Assembly (NCBI RefSeq): GCF_964194025.1
Contig: NC_134471.1
Coordinates: 20,150,001 to 20,214,000, forward strand
Reading direction: 5' to 3'
DNA from: Convolutriloba macropyga
Lineage: Eukaryota
DNA: 64,000 nt
Below are positions 59,892-64,000 of this stretch, one piece after another. Positions within the stretch are counted from its first letter, which is position 1; each line of letters opens with the position of its first letter. The notes beneath the pieces were generated by a model. The model saw only the letters and a list, made by a program, of their open reading frames with translations. It did no database searches and was not told the DNA's origin. The translations under genes were made by a program, and so were the position numbers.

Positions 59892-62800
59892 TATCCCATC
59901 CCTCAATCATTCTCTTTGTCTTAATGACCTTTGTTAGTGGTGCAGCCACGTTCATTAATTAGTTTTGCCACGATATGAGCCAGTTTTTTTGACAATTTGA
60001 AGTTTGTATTCTGTGCAAGTAATGTAATATTATTCTTAGCTCGAAGAGATTTTCCTACTGCTCGATGAGTTTCGCCACGGCTCATGCTATATAAATTTCT
60101 TAATCAATATTTGTATCAAAAATCATTCTATTGTTTTTTTATTTCGTGATTGACTAATTTTTCTTTTACTGCTTTTTCAGTTTCTACTTTTTTGCAATGA
60201 TATGCTGGTGCTATTAGGAATCTATATAATAGAACTAATACTGTTTTACAATAAAATCTTTGTTTAGTTCCTGATTTTTTCCTTCAGAAAGAACATCTAA
60301 TTTTTTTCTCGAGGTTTTTAAATAAAATTGTTTGTGTTTCGTTCTACGCCCGTTTCTATATCTTGGCTATTTAATGGCTTAGTATATCATGTTTATGTCT
60401 CCAATTTACTCGATAAGGTCATTTTTATATTTAAAACGTATGTTTTTGTCGCTTGTGACAACAATTGATACTTTCAATTTTGAAAGTTAATCGTATTTTT
60501 CGCTTTGTCATGTTTTCTTTTTGTTTTAAATTCTATCGTGCCGCAGATTCAAACTCTGTTGGATGGCTTCCTTAGCCGTAGTTTCGACCTCAAATTTTTA
60601 TGATTATTCAACAGTGAGGAACGAGGGAAGAAATGTTAGTTTTTTATAGTTAATTTAACTTTTTGCCCAAAAATACAACACAAAGTGAATAAAAAAATTG
60701 TCGACCTTTTTGATATCATCTGCAGCATTTTGTAACACTGAAAACACTTCTGAATTCCTTCAGGGGCGGTTCTCAGTTTCGGTGCGAGACCGCAGTGATT
60801 TATGGTCAGACCTAATTTAACGCCCAAGGTTATTATCTGCTTCCAAAATTTATGGTTTGGAAAAACGGAAGGAAGACCAAAACTTGACCAAAGTGGTACC
60901 TTAGTCTAGGTCTGATTAATTGTTGGCATGAATGGCACTGTGATACGTGTGAATTGATAGTCAACAAATTCACTAAAATGTGGGATTTTGGCTTTAGATG
61001 GAAAGTGTTCAATCTTGAAAAAACTCCCCGTAACAATGCAGTAATGTGATTGTCAATACCTTACTGACTTAAAGTCTGGCACAAAAATCTGGATAGAATC
61101 TTCTCCTTTTCTTGCAGAATTCTTGCAAATTTTTTTCCATCTCGTAAGATTCTTGAAAGATTTAAAATCTATCGTGAACGATGATCCCGAGCCATCTATT
61201 CGACTTTTTACAGCGCATAAAAGTGGCTATTTTTGCGCGCAGATAGCCCGAGAGAAGCTATTTTTGGTCTTGGATTTGATAGTAATCTTGTTTGATAGTA
61301 ATTGGATATGTCATCTATTGGATAACAGATTCTGCCTCATGTATCTCAACTTGAATCGTCATCTGAGTTGAATCGAAACTGAATTACTTGTGAGCCATTT
61401 GCTCAGTGACGAAACAATACGCTTTAAACCGGCGTTAATCATTTTTTAAACATTTATAAGTTTTATTAACTTTCCATTTACAACTAGAAAGAAACATCCA
61501 TACTGATACGTAAACTTAAAAAATAAATTTTGGAGTTCAAATTGAAAATTCGTTTTTTGCCCTTGCGCTGTTGAAATGTATGTAGACTGTATTTAGGTCA
61601 AATTTAGCTTTGAGCGGAACCAGAAATTAGCAAAAAATACCGTTTCAATATACCTGTTGTAATTTTAGGCCAACATTTTTTCCTTTATAAACGTGAATTT
61701 GAACAAGAGCCGCAGAAACAATTCATCCAATTAAAAATCCACTTTTAGTTCCTGTGTTACCTTCAATTCTGCTCCCAGTTCAATTTGCTCTGGTGGCCTG
61801 TTGAAATTTAATCCAATTTATGAGTTTGCTTAGCCAGAGGCGCTCTGGGAGAACGGAGAGACTCACTAAACGGCGTGGAGAGGAGGAAAGGGTTGGTAAT
61901 GGAAAAGGGGTGGTTAGGGGGGGGGGGGGGTGATGTTGAGTGGAAAAATGTAATGGATGGTATGAAGGGGGCGATGAAGGTGGGGCTAAACCAGAGCGCG
62001 CGACCGAGGGCATATTAACTACTAAATCACAGACATTCGCTAAACCGAAATCTCACCAAACCTAATACTTTTTTCTTACCCCAAATGCCAAAAAAAAACG
62101 TCTCAAATATATAGTCGCATTGTCGAATTTTATTTTTTTTCTGATGAAGTCAAAAAGTCAAGCAGCGTGTATGAAAATTGGTTATTCGGTTTTGTGTTGA
62201 ATCGGCTAGACAGTTGCTAATTTCAATGCAGGTGGTTAGGCGGTGATTTTATGACCTCGTATGAAATGGTTTGAAGCAAAAAAGAGTAAAATAAAATCTG
62301 GATTTCCCGGGTCTGAATTCTGAATGAGGCTTTCACTGCGTGATATAAAAAGAATTTGAGAACTAAAAATGATGCCTTATCAAATTTCAAAGCTTCTCTC
62401 ACTAATTTCAAGATATCGTGTTTTAAAAAATGACCTTTTTTTCATGAACAAAGCAAAGTTCCGATTCGATGTTGACAATTTTGCATTGAGAATAGAGGAT
62501 AATTTTTTCCTGCACAGTGAAAAGAAAACTTAAATATTTCTGTTTATACTTTGTTTCCTGTATAAATTTCAGTTTTGAATTCTTTAAATTTGAAATAATT
62601 AATCGCTGATATGCGCATAAATTTTTCATTCAATTTTTATGACGGTGCAACTTCATTTCTGTGCTCTTTTTATTTTAATCGAGGAAATAGAAAAATGAGC
62701 TACGCGGGCATAGTTTGTTTTTAAAAGCGCAGTATACGTAAAATATGCCTACGTTTTGTTTACAAAAATATAATAAAAAAGGCTATTTATTTTTAGATTT

Positions 62801-64000
62801 GTTCTATTGTGGCGCCCCGTTTTTGTGGGCGTGAAATAACGACGCCCTTTTCACTTAAAAATGCATTAACAATGGTGATATGCGCTAGAAAGCGGAATAT
62901 TGGGTTATTTTTTGCTCGGGTGGGTGGGGGGGGGGGCAATATGCGGCATTATTTTATCTGGTAACAATTACTTGTAAGGGCGTTTATAAATTTGTATGGA
63001 TATTTTTGGATCGTGTTCCGCTTCCTCTTCGAACTACCGCCTCCTTGTAAAACCTCTGGTTGTGCAAACTGGTGCGTTTATCTCGTTTCAGTCGTTTTGT
63101 TTCTATCATAATCAGAAGTTTTTCTATCCCGTTTCATACAAACAAGGAGCTTACAATTAAAAATTTAATACTTTATTGCTAAAAATTTTTAAACTAAAGA
63201 TTAATTTTAGTCGACTATTTCTGCAAAAAATATTTTCAATCATATTGTTGCGAATATTTTTGATGCATATAGTTGACTAATTATGCAAGTATTTTTTAAT
63301 CAAGTAAAGCGCACAGAATATTGATGCAATTAACATCAACTCTCAGAATTTAAATTTCAAATTTCCCCACTTTACTAAAAATAAGGTTTAACTTTTAATC
63401 TATAATCAATGAATATAATTGAAATTATCGTTTCTGCAAATTGAGTGGATTAGTTCAATTACTATCAATGAAAGAAAATGTTTTGTTCAAGTTAACTTTG
63501 ATATAATATTGAAAAATGGCGCGAGGAAATTAAACGAAACGTATAAAAGCCATGACTTAAATTGAGGTTGGGTTTAACCCAAAGCTTATTTGGGCTATCT
63601 TGACGGACTATAAAAAAGTATTAGTTACATAAGGCTTAATCAACAAAGAAAGATGAGAAGACTGCATAATGCAGAAGCAGACAGTCTGTCCAAAATGAGG
63701 GAAGATAAAGAAGGATAGGGGGCCCAGTTTTTAGGTCATTCCATATCATATCATATTATCAGATTGGAGCCATTCGCTATATCCCTTTACAGTAATATGC
63801 CTTTAGCTCAATCGTTGCAAAAAGTGGTACCATTTAATATATTTTGGTATGCTTGGTTACCAGAAAGTAACAATAATCAAATAAAACCTACCACATCTGT
63901 GCAAATTTTGACTCTTTTTCACTGAAGCATGATTAATGTCCATTAAATAACACGATAGTGGTCAATAATTTTGCACAGAATTTTTTGTTTTAGTTAATTT

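Overview
Eukaryotic (metazoan), AT-rich, repeat-dominated window with one assembly gap (3578-4160). It holds one clear host gene, an intronless Frizzled receptor of the Fz1/2/7 type (35552-37708, +). There is also a tandemly duplicated small gene for a putatively secreted single PLAT/LH2-domain protein (- strand, 2539-3332 and 4686-5499). In both copies the PLAT domain is split by a ~330-bp TIR DNA transposon. Its 8-bp target-site duplication supplies a GC donor and an AG acceptor, and splicing there restores the domain exactly (introner-like intron gain; the best candidate novelty). The rest is mobile or duplicated DNA: a Penelope-like retroelement 3' end with a degenerate hammerhead motif, several MITE families, and a decayed Ty3/Gypsy element with an F-type env pseudogene whose integrase region is amplified four times in tandem with a junction-specific minisatellite. 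It also contains two LINE 3' ends with (ACT)n tails, three Helentron-associated (HINE/DINE-1-like) elements, and an almost perfect 3 x 6.58-kb non-coding triplication just downstream of Frizzled. All calls are from reading the sequence; no searches were run.
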